Assembly (NCBI RefSeq): GCF_006345805.1
Contig: NC_042998.1
Span: 163,060,001 to 163,124,000 of the forward strand
Direction of reading: 5' to 3'
Length of the DNA: 64,000 bases
Source: Octopus sinensis
Taxonomy: Eukaryota
Shown piece after piece: positions 35,606 through 49,045 of the stretch (position 1 is the stretch's first letter; each line of letters starts with the position of its first letter). A model generated the notes under the pieces. The model worked only from the letters and a program-made list of their open reading frames with translations. It was not told the origin of the DNA and did not search any database. Both the position numbers and the translations under genes were made by a program.

Positions 35606-36311
35606 TATACTTGTAGTTTATCATATTTATTTATTTTGCTATTGACTTGCATTAATTTCTCCAAATTTTCTTCTAAATTCCACTTAATTTTCATCCACAA
35701 AACCACCACCAACCAATCATATGTCAAGAACTCATAAAGAGTTCAACCAGGAATGGTAAAAACAATACAAAACCAAACAAAAAAGAATAAATCAAAGACA
35801 AAATCACTTCATTTTTACACCTGATACTGATAACCTAAACAGCTTTTGAATTTTCTTTGATTACATTGTGTGACCGAAATATTCTTACCATTCACAATTT
35901 CCTTTATATAAATATTCCAAAGAATATCTTACTAAAAATAGATGAAACAAAAAATATGAATATATAAAAGAAACAACTGAAAATGAACTAAAATAAAACT
36001 AAAAAAAAACAGAAGACATTAATTCCCTAAAATTCCCAAAATTACCTGTAAAATTTAGTTGAATTCTGGTTATTTAAGTGTAAAATTCTTGCAATTATTG
36101 AAAATTAAATTAAAGAAAAATATAAAAACAGAATTTATGACTTAATTTTTGATTGGCTTTAATGTTTTTCCTAGTCACCAATAGGACTGATATTAAAAGG
36201 ACCTCCAAAAGAATCCCCAAAAGGATCCCAAAAAGAACCCTTAATGCGGCTTATTATTTTTTTTTTATTAAAACAATGAAATATTAATAATAATAGTAAT
36301 AAGAATAATAA

Positions 36312-36360
<49 letters not shown>

Positions 36361-36829
36361 CATTTTTATTATTATTATTATCATTATCATTAATTATTAT
36401 TATTATTATTATTATTATTATCATTATTATTATTATTATTATTTTTAATAATATTATTATCATTATTATTATTTTTAATAATATTATTATTATCATCATT
36501 ATTATTATTATTATTATTATTATTTCTAAGTCATTTTTAGTTACTTACCTTCTTTTTTTTTAGAGTGTTTTTTAGGAAATGTAGGAAAAGGATTTTTTTT
36601 TTTTGATGAGGAGATCTATTTCATTTTCTTTGATGGAGGAAGGGTTATGCTGCCGATAATCTAGATGTCAGGAATGTACTTAAATAGTTAACATTTCCTG
36701 CCCTACGCATGGCTGTACTCACAAACACACATACACACACACACACACAAAAGCATATTACAAACACACAGACACATGAATGATGTGAACAAATACAACC
36801 ATATATATGTACAAAGTTGATTCCATGTG

Positions 36830-36844
36830 TGTGCATGTGTATGT

Positions 36845-36889
<45 letters not shown>

Positions 36890-36905
36890 CGTGTATGCAT
36901 GCATG

Positions 36906-36941
<36 letters not shown>

Positions 36942-36968
36942 CGTGTATGCATGCATGTATAATATATA

Positions 36969-37004
<36 letters not shown>

Positions 37005-37046
37005 TGTATGTATGTATGTATGTATGTATGTATCTGTATCTATGTA

Positions 37047-37093
<47 letters not shown>

Positions 37094-37290
37094 GTATGTA
37101 CATATATACATGTATATATGTATGTATGTACATATATACATGTATGTATATGTGTGTACATATATACGCATGTATATATGTGTGTATGTATATATATATA
37201 TATGCATACATATATATGTATACATACACACTCACACACACACACACACATATATAGATACATACATACCTACATACATACATAAGTGTG
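36830..37290. repeat. Compound (TA)n/(TG)n/(TATG)n microsatellite
   Basis: Directly visible. Confidence 0.95.
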
Positions 37291-37751
37291 AGTGTGTACA
37301 TACATAAGAAGAAGAAGAAGGAAAAGAGAAAGGATACAGCAGATTATTAAGTCTAATCTGTTTCAATCTAATAATTATATCATCAAAACGTTGGTGCTGA
37401 GAGTGTAGTTTTCTCGGTCAATTGTTATTCCTGGCACTACCCCATTATGAACATTGGTAACTTGGCACCATCACTTGACGTCCCTTTCACATCTATGTAT
37501 TTTATTTTATTTTATTTTAATTTGTTTACTATTTCCTCTTCTAACCTTAGACCTACCCCTACCCAACTGCAATGTACATACATGCCAATATTGATTTTCT
37601 TGACAAAAGAGGAAAATGGAATAAAATTGAGGAATTTTCTTGTAATGGGTCTCTTCTAGATGACAGCGTGGTGGAGAGTTTGTTTTCCATTTGCATTTTG
37701 TTTTTATTATGGTCAATAAAAATGCAGGTGACCTTTTCCATGTACAGTTGT

Positions 37752-37782
<31 letters not shown>

Positions 37783-37998
37783 AAACCCCAAACCACCCCT
37801 GACTAAACAGTTATGATCAAACACATTCTTGATCTGACCATTCATCATTTTGTTTTTTCGTTTTTTAATTTTTTGTTGTTGCTGTTTTTTTTTTCCATCT
37901 AGTATGTATCCAGGCTTATATGGTCGATGTTCTGAATCTTCTATTTTCTGGACTTGAAAGAACAATCTTAGAGATACAGTTATATATTTAAGAGATGA

Positions 37999-38095
37999 GG
38001 GCATATGGCATAGTGGTTAAGAGCATGGGACACTAATTCTGAGTTTGATTCCAAGCAGTGACCTGAACAACAACAACAACAATAACAGCAACAGC

Positions 38096-38133
<38 letters not shown>

Positions 38134-38275
38134 ATACCTTAGGAATGAGAACCCAGATTCGAAATTTCCCCAAGACACCTGAAGAAAGCTGGAGGGTATA
38201 TCAGCCGAAACGTTGTGTTACCAACAAACAAGATAAGGAGAAATATCCATCAAATGTCAATAATGTAAATAATCT
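37999..38275 (+). mobile_element. tRNA-derived SINE with hammerhead ribozyme (copy 2; HHR 38174-38219)
   Basis: Same head as 6777; (CAA)n linker; GACAC-CUGAAGA-A-AGCUG(10 nt)CAGCC-GAA-ACGU-U-GUGUU. Confidence 0.85.
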
Positions 38276-38744
38276 TAGAGATAATTAACTGCAATTCCTA
38301 ACTGGCCAAACAACCATACAGAAGAAGGGTTGGTAAGGGTGGGCAATTCCTCATTTATTGTCAAAAGGCTTTCAAATATCCAGTCACTCACTAATAAACT
38401 CTTTAAAAATCAATGTGTACAGAAAAGAATATTTTTTAAAACAGTTGTTTTAGCCTTAAAATCAAGACAGTAATCTAAGCTGGCTGATAATGAATTTGTC
38501 ACACTGGTGATGTATTATTTTTTTCAGCATAGATGCATTGCACTGATTTGCTTGCAATTTGTCCCTGATACTAAGTTTCCATACTTCTGATATAGAGGTG
38601 ATGATGATATTGAATCACCAGTATGTAAATCTGCAGTAAGATGGATAATCAATTGCAGGAAGGAGAGGACAAGGAAGACGTGCAGTATTGAACAACTCAG
38701 TAGGATCTGAAGACTGTCTGTTGACATCCTTACTCCTTTTATTT

Positions 38745-39172
38745 TTTTACTCTTTTTACTTGTTTCAGTCATTTGACTGTGGCCATGCTGGAGCACCGCC
38801 TTTAGTCGAGCAAATCAACCCCCAGGACTTATTCTTTGTAAGTCTAGTACTTAATTCTATCAGTCTCTTTTGCCGAACCACTAAGTTATGGGAGACATAA
38901 ACACACCAGCATTGTCTGTCAAGCGATGTTGGGGGGACAAACACAGACACAAAAACATACACACACACACATACACACACATATATATACATACACACAT
39001 ATATATACATATATACAACAGGCTTCTTTCAGTTTCCATCTACCAAATCCACTCACAAGGCTTTGGTCGACCCGAGGCTATAGTAGAAGACACTAGCCTA
39101 AGGTACCACGCAGTGAGACTGAACCCAGAACCATGTGGTTGGTAAGCAAGCTACTTACCACACAGCCACTCT
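38745..39172 (-). mobile_element. SINE family A, full length
   Basis: tRNA-like head gtggctgtgtggtaagtagcttgcttacc, internal (TA/TG)n, 3' body. Confidence 0.9.
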
Positions 39173-39527
39173 TAAACCAGTGAAAAGATGTATCAAGCAC
39201 AGAAGATGCAGTTTGATCAGGCAATACATGAACCACTGAGACGAAATAAGTACTGATCAAGCAGCAGGGTCAATGTAATTGCCTAGTCCCCTCCCAGCAA
39301 ATTTCAAGCTTTGTGCTAATAATAAAAAGGTAAAAAATACAAAATAGAAAGGAATGTATGAACCATTGAATGCATAGATTATTTGTCACCATCCAATTGA
39401 CACACATTAATGAGATAACCAATATAAATTTTTGAAGAGAACCACTTATCCAGAAAATTACAATTCCACTCAACCTGCCTGTAACAGCGGTCAAATTTCC
39501 CTCAAATCATACCCTACTATCTTAGAC

Positions 39528-40215
39528 TTAACTTTTTTTTATCATGATGTCTAAAAATGGGAGTTGTTCTTTGTTATATTCCATTGTGAATTGAATGTTA
39601 CTATTTATGTCATTTAGTGTTGTTTTGAAATCCAAAAGTTTGTCGATGTTCTCTTTCCAGATGATAAAGCAGTAACCATATTTCTGAAGTGATACTTCAT
39701 ATAAAGTGAATTCAAACTTACCCATTATTAGGTTCGCAAGAACAGGAGATGCTTTCGTCCACATCGCAATTCCGCATTTCTGATGATAGTATGTGTCATC
39801 AAATAGGAAATAATTGTTCTGAAGTATAAATTTTAAGGATTCAATAATAAAGATCTGGTTTATGTGTTCTGGGAGGACTTCGGCGTACTTTTCCAACCAG
39901 AATTTAATTGTTTTTATTCCATAGTCATGGGGGATGTTGATGTAAGGATTGATAACATCGAGGGTTACCAATATTGCCTCTTCATTAATTGTTTTTGGTA
40001 GGTTTTCTAGCATGTCTAAATCATCTCGAATGAAACTTTTGATGTATTTCAGCAAGGGTTTCAGTAGGATATCTAGAAAATTGCTTAGTCGGTGGGTTTC
40101 ACAAGCCGGCCCAGCTACAATGGGTCTTAAAGTCAAGTCTTCTGGCGTTTGGATATTTATATATTTGCTTGGTGATTGTTTGCTGGCTTCATTGATTATC
40201 TTGCTCTTGTGTAAT
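39528..40215 (-). pseudogene. Second PLE reverse transcriptase fragment (AT-rich lineage)
   Basis: LHKS..LRPIVAGP..LSNFLDILLKPL..LVTLDV..YINIPHD..GIAMWTKASPVLANL..IQFTMEY..LPFLDIMI. Confidence 0.85.
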
Positions 40216-40221
40216 GCGTAT

Positions 40222-40265
<44 letters not shown>

Positions 40266-40659
40266 CAGCATGGGTACCATTGACTTGACACCGGCATCAG
40301 CCAAGATTATGGTCTCACTTGATTTGACAGGTCTACACAAGCATGGTATATCACCAAAGCTCTTGGTCACCTGTCACTGCCTCCATGAGGCTCAATGTTA
40401 TAGTGTATGATGTATGTGCACCATTTATGTGACACAGTATAAACATACACATGTATCATGTAAACATATAGTATTCCTAATACAAAATCTATGTTATAAG
40501 TGATTAGGGATTTTCTCCTTTACATTGACATATTTCCAATTTAAGATACAAAGGTGAAACAGCTTACGCTAAAAAAATTAAGCTATTCTTGCGTTTACAC
40601 ATAATGGAATCATTATTCTAAGAAGCCAGATGTCTTTCAATCACATAGAAACTCACCAA

Positions 40660-41045
40660 TTACTCTTTTACTTGTTTCAGTCATTTGACTGTGGCCTTTA
40701 GTCGAGCAAATCGACCCCAAGATTTATTCTTTGTAAGCCTAGTACTTATCCTACCAGTCTTTTTTGCCGAACCGCTAAGTTACGGGGATGTAGACACACC
40801 AGCATCAGTTGTCAAGCGATGTTGCGGGGACAAACACAGACACACAAACACACACACACACATATATATACATATACATATATATACGACAGGCTTCTCT
40901 CAGTTTCCGTCTACCAAATCCACTCACAAGGCTTTGGTCAGCCCGAGGCTATAGTAGAAGACACTTGACCAAGGTGCCATGCAGTGGGACTGAACCCGGA
41001 ACCATGTGGTTGGTAAGTAAGCTACTTACCGCTCAGCCACTCCTG
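40660..41045 (-). mobile_element. SINE family A, full length
   Basis: Matches 38745-39172. Confidence 0.9.
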
Positions 41046-44000
41046 TGCCTATACAAAATATTGAATTATTACCAATTAAATTGGTGACCATATTGGTGAA
41101 ACTAACAATGACGTATGCTTTGAATCATTGTACTTATTCAACAGTCATTTTTATTCTCTGCATATATTTTCTCTTTCATATTGTTATTACCTGTTGATAA
41201 ATAAACTTTAAGATATAAGTTAGTGTGTGTGTGTGTACTTCCTTTCATACAAAGTGTGCACATGTGTGTGTATGTATGTATGTATGTATGTATGTATATA
41301 TCCACATACACACATCAAATGAAAGAGAGACATATAAATGTAAATACACAAACTTTCTTCGTTAATCTTCCAATATTCTTTATTCTTCCCATTTATTTTT
41401 TTTTCCCTCCATATTCTCTGTAATCCATGAGGAAGGTAACCAATATTACTATCCCACTTTCATTTTCATCTCTTCTACCTCTTTAACCATTCCATCATAA
41501 TCATATCCAATCTTCTAGTCTCGTAATAGCTAAAGCAATCCACTGCTCTTCAGATCTCTTCATTTCTGATTCTTCGAACCAACCAACATGTAAAACAAAA
41601 AGAGAAACAAAACCCAAAAGCTTCTACAAAAAAAAAAAATAATAAAAGGTATCCCAGAAAGATAAGCAGTTCAGTTAATAATCTGTCCAATTACTACAGC
41701 GTCATTTAATGGCGCCTGTATATATGAAATAAGCAGAATTCTTTGGCAAGTCTTAAATGTCAATTGATGGCAACATTAAGCCATGATGGATAAATTAGTT
41801 GTAGAAAGGAGTGTTTTTTTGTATTTAAGGAGGCTTCTTTCTTTTTTTTTTGTTTTTATTTATTCTTTAGTTTTATGTTTTTTTTTATTATAAAGAGAGA
41901 AGAAAGCAATATATGAAAAGGTGAAGTGAAATGATGGTTGAGCAGATGGATATAGTTATTTTCTTTCTTTTTTCTTCATGGTTTTGCTGGCTCAGGTTCC
42001 TCAATAATTGTGTGTGTGTGTGTGTGTGTAGTTCAGGTAGATGTTGATATAATGCATGATGTATGCAAAAGAGTCTAAATAAATTTTAATTTGATTTTTC
42101 GAAATATTTAGAGATATATAAGCACATATGTACATAAATGTATACATGCACACACATACACATGTACACACACATACATACACGTGCGCACATGTATAGT
42201 TTTGTGTAGTGTTAATCACTGAATTGCTATTATTATTGATCTCAACTAGTCAAACTATTTCATTACATATTATAAAGGGAAACAAAATATACATAAACAT
42301 TATATTCGCACACACACACTTTCTCTCTCTCTCGCTGTCTCTCTCATACACACACACACGTGTGCGTTTTTGTGTAAGAGGGTCTTCTGCACAGTTTCTT
42401 TCTGCCAAATTCTTTCCACAAGGTATTGGTGATGCCTGGACCAAATTAAATGTCCTCTGGTGAAAACAAACTCAGTACAAGTTGAATATGAAATTTCCTT
42501 GTTAAGCATATCACTGTTTTTGCACATAGATGTATGTGTGTATGTGTATGTGTACAGCCACTTGCAGCCCCAAAGGTAGTCAAGGGAGTTGTCTCAGCCT
42601 TACAGTTAAGAGTCAGCAGCTGATGGCTACCATAGGAGGGTCTTGGGCTATCATTACTAATGACGCATAGATATATGTTGAGGTTATATCTTCAGTGATC
42701 TCGTAGTACAATGATGGTGAGCAAGTATCATTGGCATTTGCGTGGCATGTATTTCTGGAGATGATACTTGATTTGAGCTGCTATTCTCTTGGTGAAGCGC
42801 TGATCAATGCTGGTGTCTGGTGTCTGGTATCTGGAAAATGCTGGCAGATACTGTGCTTTATCAGCAGAGCAATGTTATTGGTAACATTGTGTAAAGAGTT
42901 AAGCAAAAGAGTGAAGGATGATGGTCTGAGAAGAATTCTGAATACATGAAGATAACAACCTGAATAGTTACTTTTGGAGTCTTTCAGATTTGGGATTAAG
43001 GATGATTTTCAAATGTCATTAGGCTGGCAATGTTATGATTTGATGGGAGTAGATCTCAATAAACTCTACAAGTTTGAAAGTCAAACCCACCGAAGCAGCA
43101 CAGAAAGTGAGAGAACCATCATGCATCCAATTATTCAATGTCTAAATATTATCGAGTTGAGTATTACATCAAACACCTGTAATCAGATGTGGGGCAGATT
43201 CAGAAGTCAGCTAAGTCTGTCGTAAATTGCCTTGTTGCCTTCAAAGAAAAGCATGCAGCAGCTTTCCTGTGTTTGCTGGTTATCAGAAGAGATTAGTCTT
43301 GTGAACAAGATTACAAAGAATTAAGACAGAAACTGAAGAATAGTGTTTGACAAAGAATGTCATGCAGTCACAGAACATTGCCTGGAAAGGGTTCAACTCT
43401 GGGAAACAGGAAATTTAAACCATTTTCTAGTTGTCATATCTCACAGTTAGCTGAAACTAGTTTCCAATATCCACAAAGAAAATTTAAAGGAAGAATTTAA
43501 TTGTTGCTATTTTATTAAAAGAAGAAAGAATTTAAGTTAAAATGTGGAAAATGACTTTTGCATCTGTCAATGTACATATTTGTTTATGGATCACTGAGGC
43601 ATCCCCAGAGATTCTCTCTTTCAAATTTTACTCAGAACACTTAGATCAACCCTTTAATAAAAGGCACTTGCTGGAGTTTGCTTCAAAGAGTACTCAAAAT
43701 CATAACCAGGGAGTGACTAAATATTAAGGTTTGTTTTATTTATTTAACATTTTCAGGGGTAGAATAAATTTAGGCAGACTTTATGCATAAACCTGTCATT
43801 CAGAACAATTAATATTTTTAAAAAACTTCATTTACTTGTCTCATCAGATATTCAGGTTTGTAGTGCTAGAAAACTTACTTTGAGATCATAAATCAAACAA
43901 TTTCAAATCTACATTAACTGAAATATTTTAAACTGTCTGCTTCTCTTCTCTCCATCTCTCTCTCTTTCCCTTCCTCTCTTTCACTCTCAGTCAACACAAA

Positions 44001-44949
44001 TACACCCATATATTGATCAAATGGATTTGGAAAGAGGGGAATGGATAATAGGGAGGAACACAATCAGATTATTACTTATCTATCTTTCAATTCTAAGAGA
44101 GGACATGCTGAAATTCTGAGAAGTCATTGTTTCTTTTTCTTTTCTTTTTTCTGCTTTAATAATCTATCTGTCTGTCTAGCTCACTTTCTCTTTCTCTCTC
44201 TCTCTCTCTCCACACACACACATGATAGGTTTACATATATTATATATATCATATCTTGAAACTGTGTGGACTGAGATCCCTCATTAACAGGCCACTGATG
44301 TGAAAATTAAGTGTTCAACACTAATGGTATACAGATTAGTAGCCACTGGATTTGTTAAGTTATATAAAGAGGCTGGTTGCTTATTTTTCTGGAATTAGTC
44401 AAATGATGGAGATACCTCTGATAAGAACCCAATAAGGTTTGGAAATTGATTGAGGATTTTCATCATTTTTTTTTTTCAGTCTATGAAGAAATAGTTAAAT
44501 GCACCATGTTTGTATGTTTACTCTGTAGGTTTATATATATAAGCAGGAAGGCAGATAAATAACATATAGGTGTTTTTTTCAACACATTATTCTGTAATGC
44601 ACCTGGATACATCATCAGTAAGGTTTTCTGGAGTCATTAGATGTTTCAGGTCTTTCAACGTTAGATGCTCTGACTGAGGTGACCCAGTTAAAGTTGCTAA
44701 AGCCCCAGCTTTTGTCCAGTACATTTGGCACTCTACTCCTGGTAGCACTGCTCTTTCCAGGGCTCACACCATGAAGCGACCTCTGCTGTCTCCACAGCCA
44801 ACCTAATGGTCTACTGGTCTCTGTGATACAGAGTATCAGAATCAAGAATAAAAAAACAAGAGGAGTTATATAAAAGTCTTATCTTACAAAACTCCTTTTC
44901 TTTCTTTTTATACTCTGTATTTTTGTATTCCATGTAATTATACTCATTA

Positions 44950-45345
44950 AACCTCATTATTTGGTCAGGTGCTCCATTTTATCACTTGAATCTCCTTGAC
45001 CAGGTTCAGAAGTGAGTCTCTAATTTGGTTGGTCTCTCTCTTGCTTCATCTCTACAACCCATGTCACATTGAAATGACATTGCCAGTCTTAGTCCTTTCT
45101 ATCATTATTGCCACAGGAAGATCACTGATGATCCTTCTCACTTAGTTCCAGATCACTTTCTGCCAACTTGCCTGACTCGAAACTCACAGCATCTTCATAC
45201 AAATGCTCTTGTGCTTCTATGTATAAGAAAGTCTTTCTATGGTTGTGGCTTTTTTCTTCAAGCTTCCAGACTTTGGAACTCTCTTTCATCTCATTGCTTT
45301 CTACCTTAACTCTTTAAAGTCTAAAGTAAATTCATTTCTTTCATC
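44950..45345 (+). mobile_element. CR1/Jockey-type LINE 3' end
   Basis: WSGAPFYHLNLLDQVQK..LASSLQPMSH*NDIASLSPFYHYCH..RLWNSL..LNSLKSKVN. Confidence 0.75.
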
Positions 45346-45610
45346 TTAATTTCTCCTTTTTTATGGTCCCTTACATTAAGTGGCTTTTGCCTTGTTTGGG
45401 ACTTTCTAATATAAAATAAAAACTACTTAAGTTTATTTGTCTTTCAGCTTCCATACCCACTCAAAGAGGATTCTTTTTATAGTCAACTTACTACACAGGA
45501 GGTACCTGATGAAGGAGTTGAAATTTAAATTCTCACTTATCTAAGCACTGCTCCATGAATATATTTACCAGGCTAGCTTTAGCATTTTCATCATATTATA
45601 TATAGACACA

Positions 45611-45825
45611 GAGTGGCTGTGTGGTAAGTAGCTTGCTTACCAACCACATGGTTCCGGGTTCAGTCCCACTGCATGGCAACTTGGGCAAGGGTCTTCTACT
45701 ATAACCTCAGGCCGACCAGAGCCTTGTGAGTGGATTTGGTAGACGGAAACTGAAAGAAGCCCATCATATATATGTATATATATATGTATGTGTATATGTT
45801 TGTGTGTCTGTGTTTGTCCCCTCAA
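45611..45825 (+). mobile_element. SINE family A, 5' half
   Basis: gagtggctgtgtggtaagtagcttgc head. Confidence 0.85.
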
Positions 45826-46702
45826 CAACTTAGGGCAGGGGATAAGTCAATTACATCGACCTTAGTGCATAACAAGTGCTTATTTCAACCCCAAAAAAGG
45901 ATGAAAGGCAAAGTTGACATCAGAAGAATTTGAACTCAGAACATAAAGACAGATAGAATGCTGCTAAGCATTTTACCCAGCATGCTAATGATTCTGCCAG
46001 TTTGCCTTAATGACAGAAACTATATGGACAGATAAATATCTTTCTGAAGCTATCTGTCTGTATCTCTCTTCTTACTGTCTCCCCTCTCTCTTTCTCTCTC
46101 TCTCTCTCTCTCTGACTTTCTCTTCAATGTCTCAATCACTTTCTGTTTCTCCTTTCTCTTTCTCTTTCATCCAATTCACTTTTCCACACTTGTAAGAAAA
46201 CAGCTGAAACAAAACTAAATATAAAACAAAACCCTCAAACAAAAAAAAGTAAAAAAGAAAGAAATAGGAAGCACTCTCCATTTTAATTAAATTCCAAAAC
46301 CATATTATTTCCTTTAACAATCTTTTGCTATTTCTATCAAAGACATTTCCCCTTTCTGTAAACTACTTTTATAATCAGGAATAACCATTTCACTTGTTAG
46401 TTACTTTCTTAGTTCGCTTGTTTGTTTGTCTTGGGTTTCTCTTTCTGCCAGTTTGGAAAATTTGGAGTTAAAAAAGAAAATTATATTTTTCTAAAACCTT
46501 CAATTCATTTTGTGACGTTTTCACAAATCATTTTTATATTTATTCTACTCTCTCTTTCAATTATGCACTGTGCGTGTGCACACACACACACACGCACACA
46601 CACACAAACGCACACACTCACATACATACACATATGCACCTAAACATATATATATATGCACACATACATATGCATATATGTATATGTATATATATGCATG
46701 CT

Positions 46703-46739
<37 letters not shown>

Positions 46740-46921
46740 ATATGCATATATATATATGCATACATTTATATGCATGTGTGTAACCAAAATTTAAAATGTT
46801 GAATTAAACACATAAATAAAAATAACAATTTTTGGTTATATAATTACTGTATGGTGTATGTAATGTACATATGTATGTGTATGTATGTATTTACATGCAA
46901 TTCTCTTTCTCTCTCCCTCTC

Positions 46922-47011
<90 letters not shown>

Positions 47012-47934
47012 TATATGTATATGTGTGTATTCATTAAAATTATGACTTTTATTCAGTGTTTATATAAACTGTTATATTTCATTTTTTTTACATTTATTCG
47101 TTTATTCATTTAATATTTATTTATTTACATAACAATTCTTCCTTCTCTCCCCAACCTCCTGCTGCTGTGGCAGAGAACCGAAAGCATATTCCTTCTCCTA
47201 TCCTATCTATCCAAGAAGTTTAAACCTGTTTTCCTTTAATTAAATCGTTTATTTTGCATACAGATGTTCTGTCACCTGCTTTAAAAGTCTTTTAAATTCA
47301 TCCCTTACTCTCGCCTCTCTCTTTCTACCATATACTCTCTCTTTTCTTCTTGCTCTCTCTCTCTCTCTAGTTCTCAACCTCTCTTGTTTGTTCTTCTTCA
47401 CATTTGAATATTGGGTTTTTGATGTAGAACTGGAAGTGAAGGGGTAGTCGTGGAAGAAAAGGTGGGAGTTGGAGGAAAGAAGGTAGATGAGAATGTGCAA
47501 GAAGTATAAGATGGGAGTTGTTGGTGATGATGACAGCAGTGATGAAGATGACAGAGGAGAAGGAAGAAGAGGAAGGAGGTGATTAAAGAAGGAAAACAGA
47601 AAGAAAAATGAGGCAGAAGAATAAGTAAACAAAGAGACAAGAAGATAAAAAGGGAAAAGATGAAAAAACACCCAAATTAGGACTGAGAGCAAATCAGGAT
47701 GACAACACAATTCATAATTACAAAACATAAGGTAAACAACTCAGATGGTTGTAGCTTAAATAATTCGGACAGACGATGATGATGTACTGAATGACATACC
47801 ACCCCTCCCGCCTCAAAAAAATAAACAAAAGCAAAAGAATTGAAATTCATCTCTTAGGTGGAGGAGGATAACAAACTTTAATGGTAATTATTAGAAATTC
47901 TTAAACAAAAGTAGATAATTTCTTTTATTTTTTA

Positions 47935-48325
47935 CTTTTATTAATCATTGGATTGCAGCCATGCTGGGGTTCTACCTTTGAAGGGTTTTAGTCAAACGAA
48001 TTCATGCCAGTCCTATTTTTTGTTAATTTAGTACTTATTTTATTGAGTTTCTTTTGCTGAACCACTAAGTTACAGGGATGTATACAAACCAACACTGATT
48101 GTCAAGCAGTGGGGGGAGGGTGCCAACATAGACACAATGACACACATAGATATTTCTGTGTATATACAACAGGCTTCTATACAATTTCCATCTGCCAAAT
48201 TAATTCCCAAGGCCTTGGTCAGCTAGGGGGCTATAATAAAGGTTTGCCCAAGATACTGTGTAATGGGATTGAACCTGAAACCACATGGTTGTCAAGCAAG
48301 TTTCTTAACCACACAAATTTACCTG
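47935..48325 (-). mobile_element. SINE family A, diverged
   Basis: Matches the family A layout. Confidence 0.75.
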
Positions 48326-48412
48326 CACCTACATTTAATTTCTGGAAATTGAGAATGATTTCCAAAGAATTATTAATTTTTATGCCTAGGATAAAAATTT
48401 GATATTTTTTTA

Positions 48413-48470
48413 GAAACTACCCTAAGAGGTTTCAGTATGTTTGAATCTTATTATACCTCATCAGGGAACC
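48413..48470 (-). ncRNA. Hammerhead-like motif, core and stem II intact, stem I weak
   Basis: CUGAUGA-GGUAU(14 nt)AUACU-GAAA-CCU(CUUA)GGGU-A. Confidence 0.5.
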
Positions 48471-48842
48471 CTAATCTTTAAAAGTCTACTATGGTCACTT
48501 CTAGAAGTAGAAAATGATTTAGAGAGAATTTTGGTTAGTACAGTTTGTGCAATTACAAAACATACATAATACATACATACATACATACATACATACATAC
48601 ATACATACATACATACATACATACATACATGCATACATACATATATACATATATATATATAATATCAATTTACAGGAGATGGATTCAATATTAAATCTTT
48701 CTTGGGTACAACATCTGTTTCGACCCATCAAGTACATTGATAAAGATATGTCTCTGCAGATTTTTAGTGTTGGTTGACTTGTTGCTATATGCCCATCATG
48801 TTAGGGAATGAATAAAGCAAATGATATATATATGTATATACT

Positions 48843-49045
48843 TCTGCAATGTAACTAAATGTAGCTACACACACTTGCTGTTGGTGATTTCTTTTCCTTC
48901 TTTGGACTCTTTTCATTCTCCTTTCTGATGAAGAGTTATGCTCGAAATGTTGAACTCACTCTTTACCGAGTGTCAAGCTAATACATTCTTTGTGCATGTC
49001 CTCTTGCTGTCTGTTAATTTTATTCATTTATTTGAGTTAATTGTT
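48843..49045 (+). mobile_element. Solo PLE-type terminal repeat with HHR (48922-48954), flanked by (TA)n
   Basis: UUU-CUGAUGA-A-GAG(UUAUG)CUC-GAA-AUGU-U-GAA; downstream sequence resembles 4140-4230 and 8400-8460. Confidence 0.65.

Noticed and set aside
42550-43400. GC-richer block as a LINE remnant
   Set aside because: No RT or endonuclease motif could be read in any frame by eye; left unannotated.
45503-45545. cctgatgaaggag...ctca as a hammerhead
   Set aside because: GAAA does not follow the putative stem II, and there is no cleavage site or stem I.
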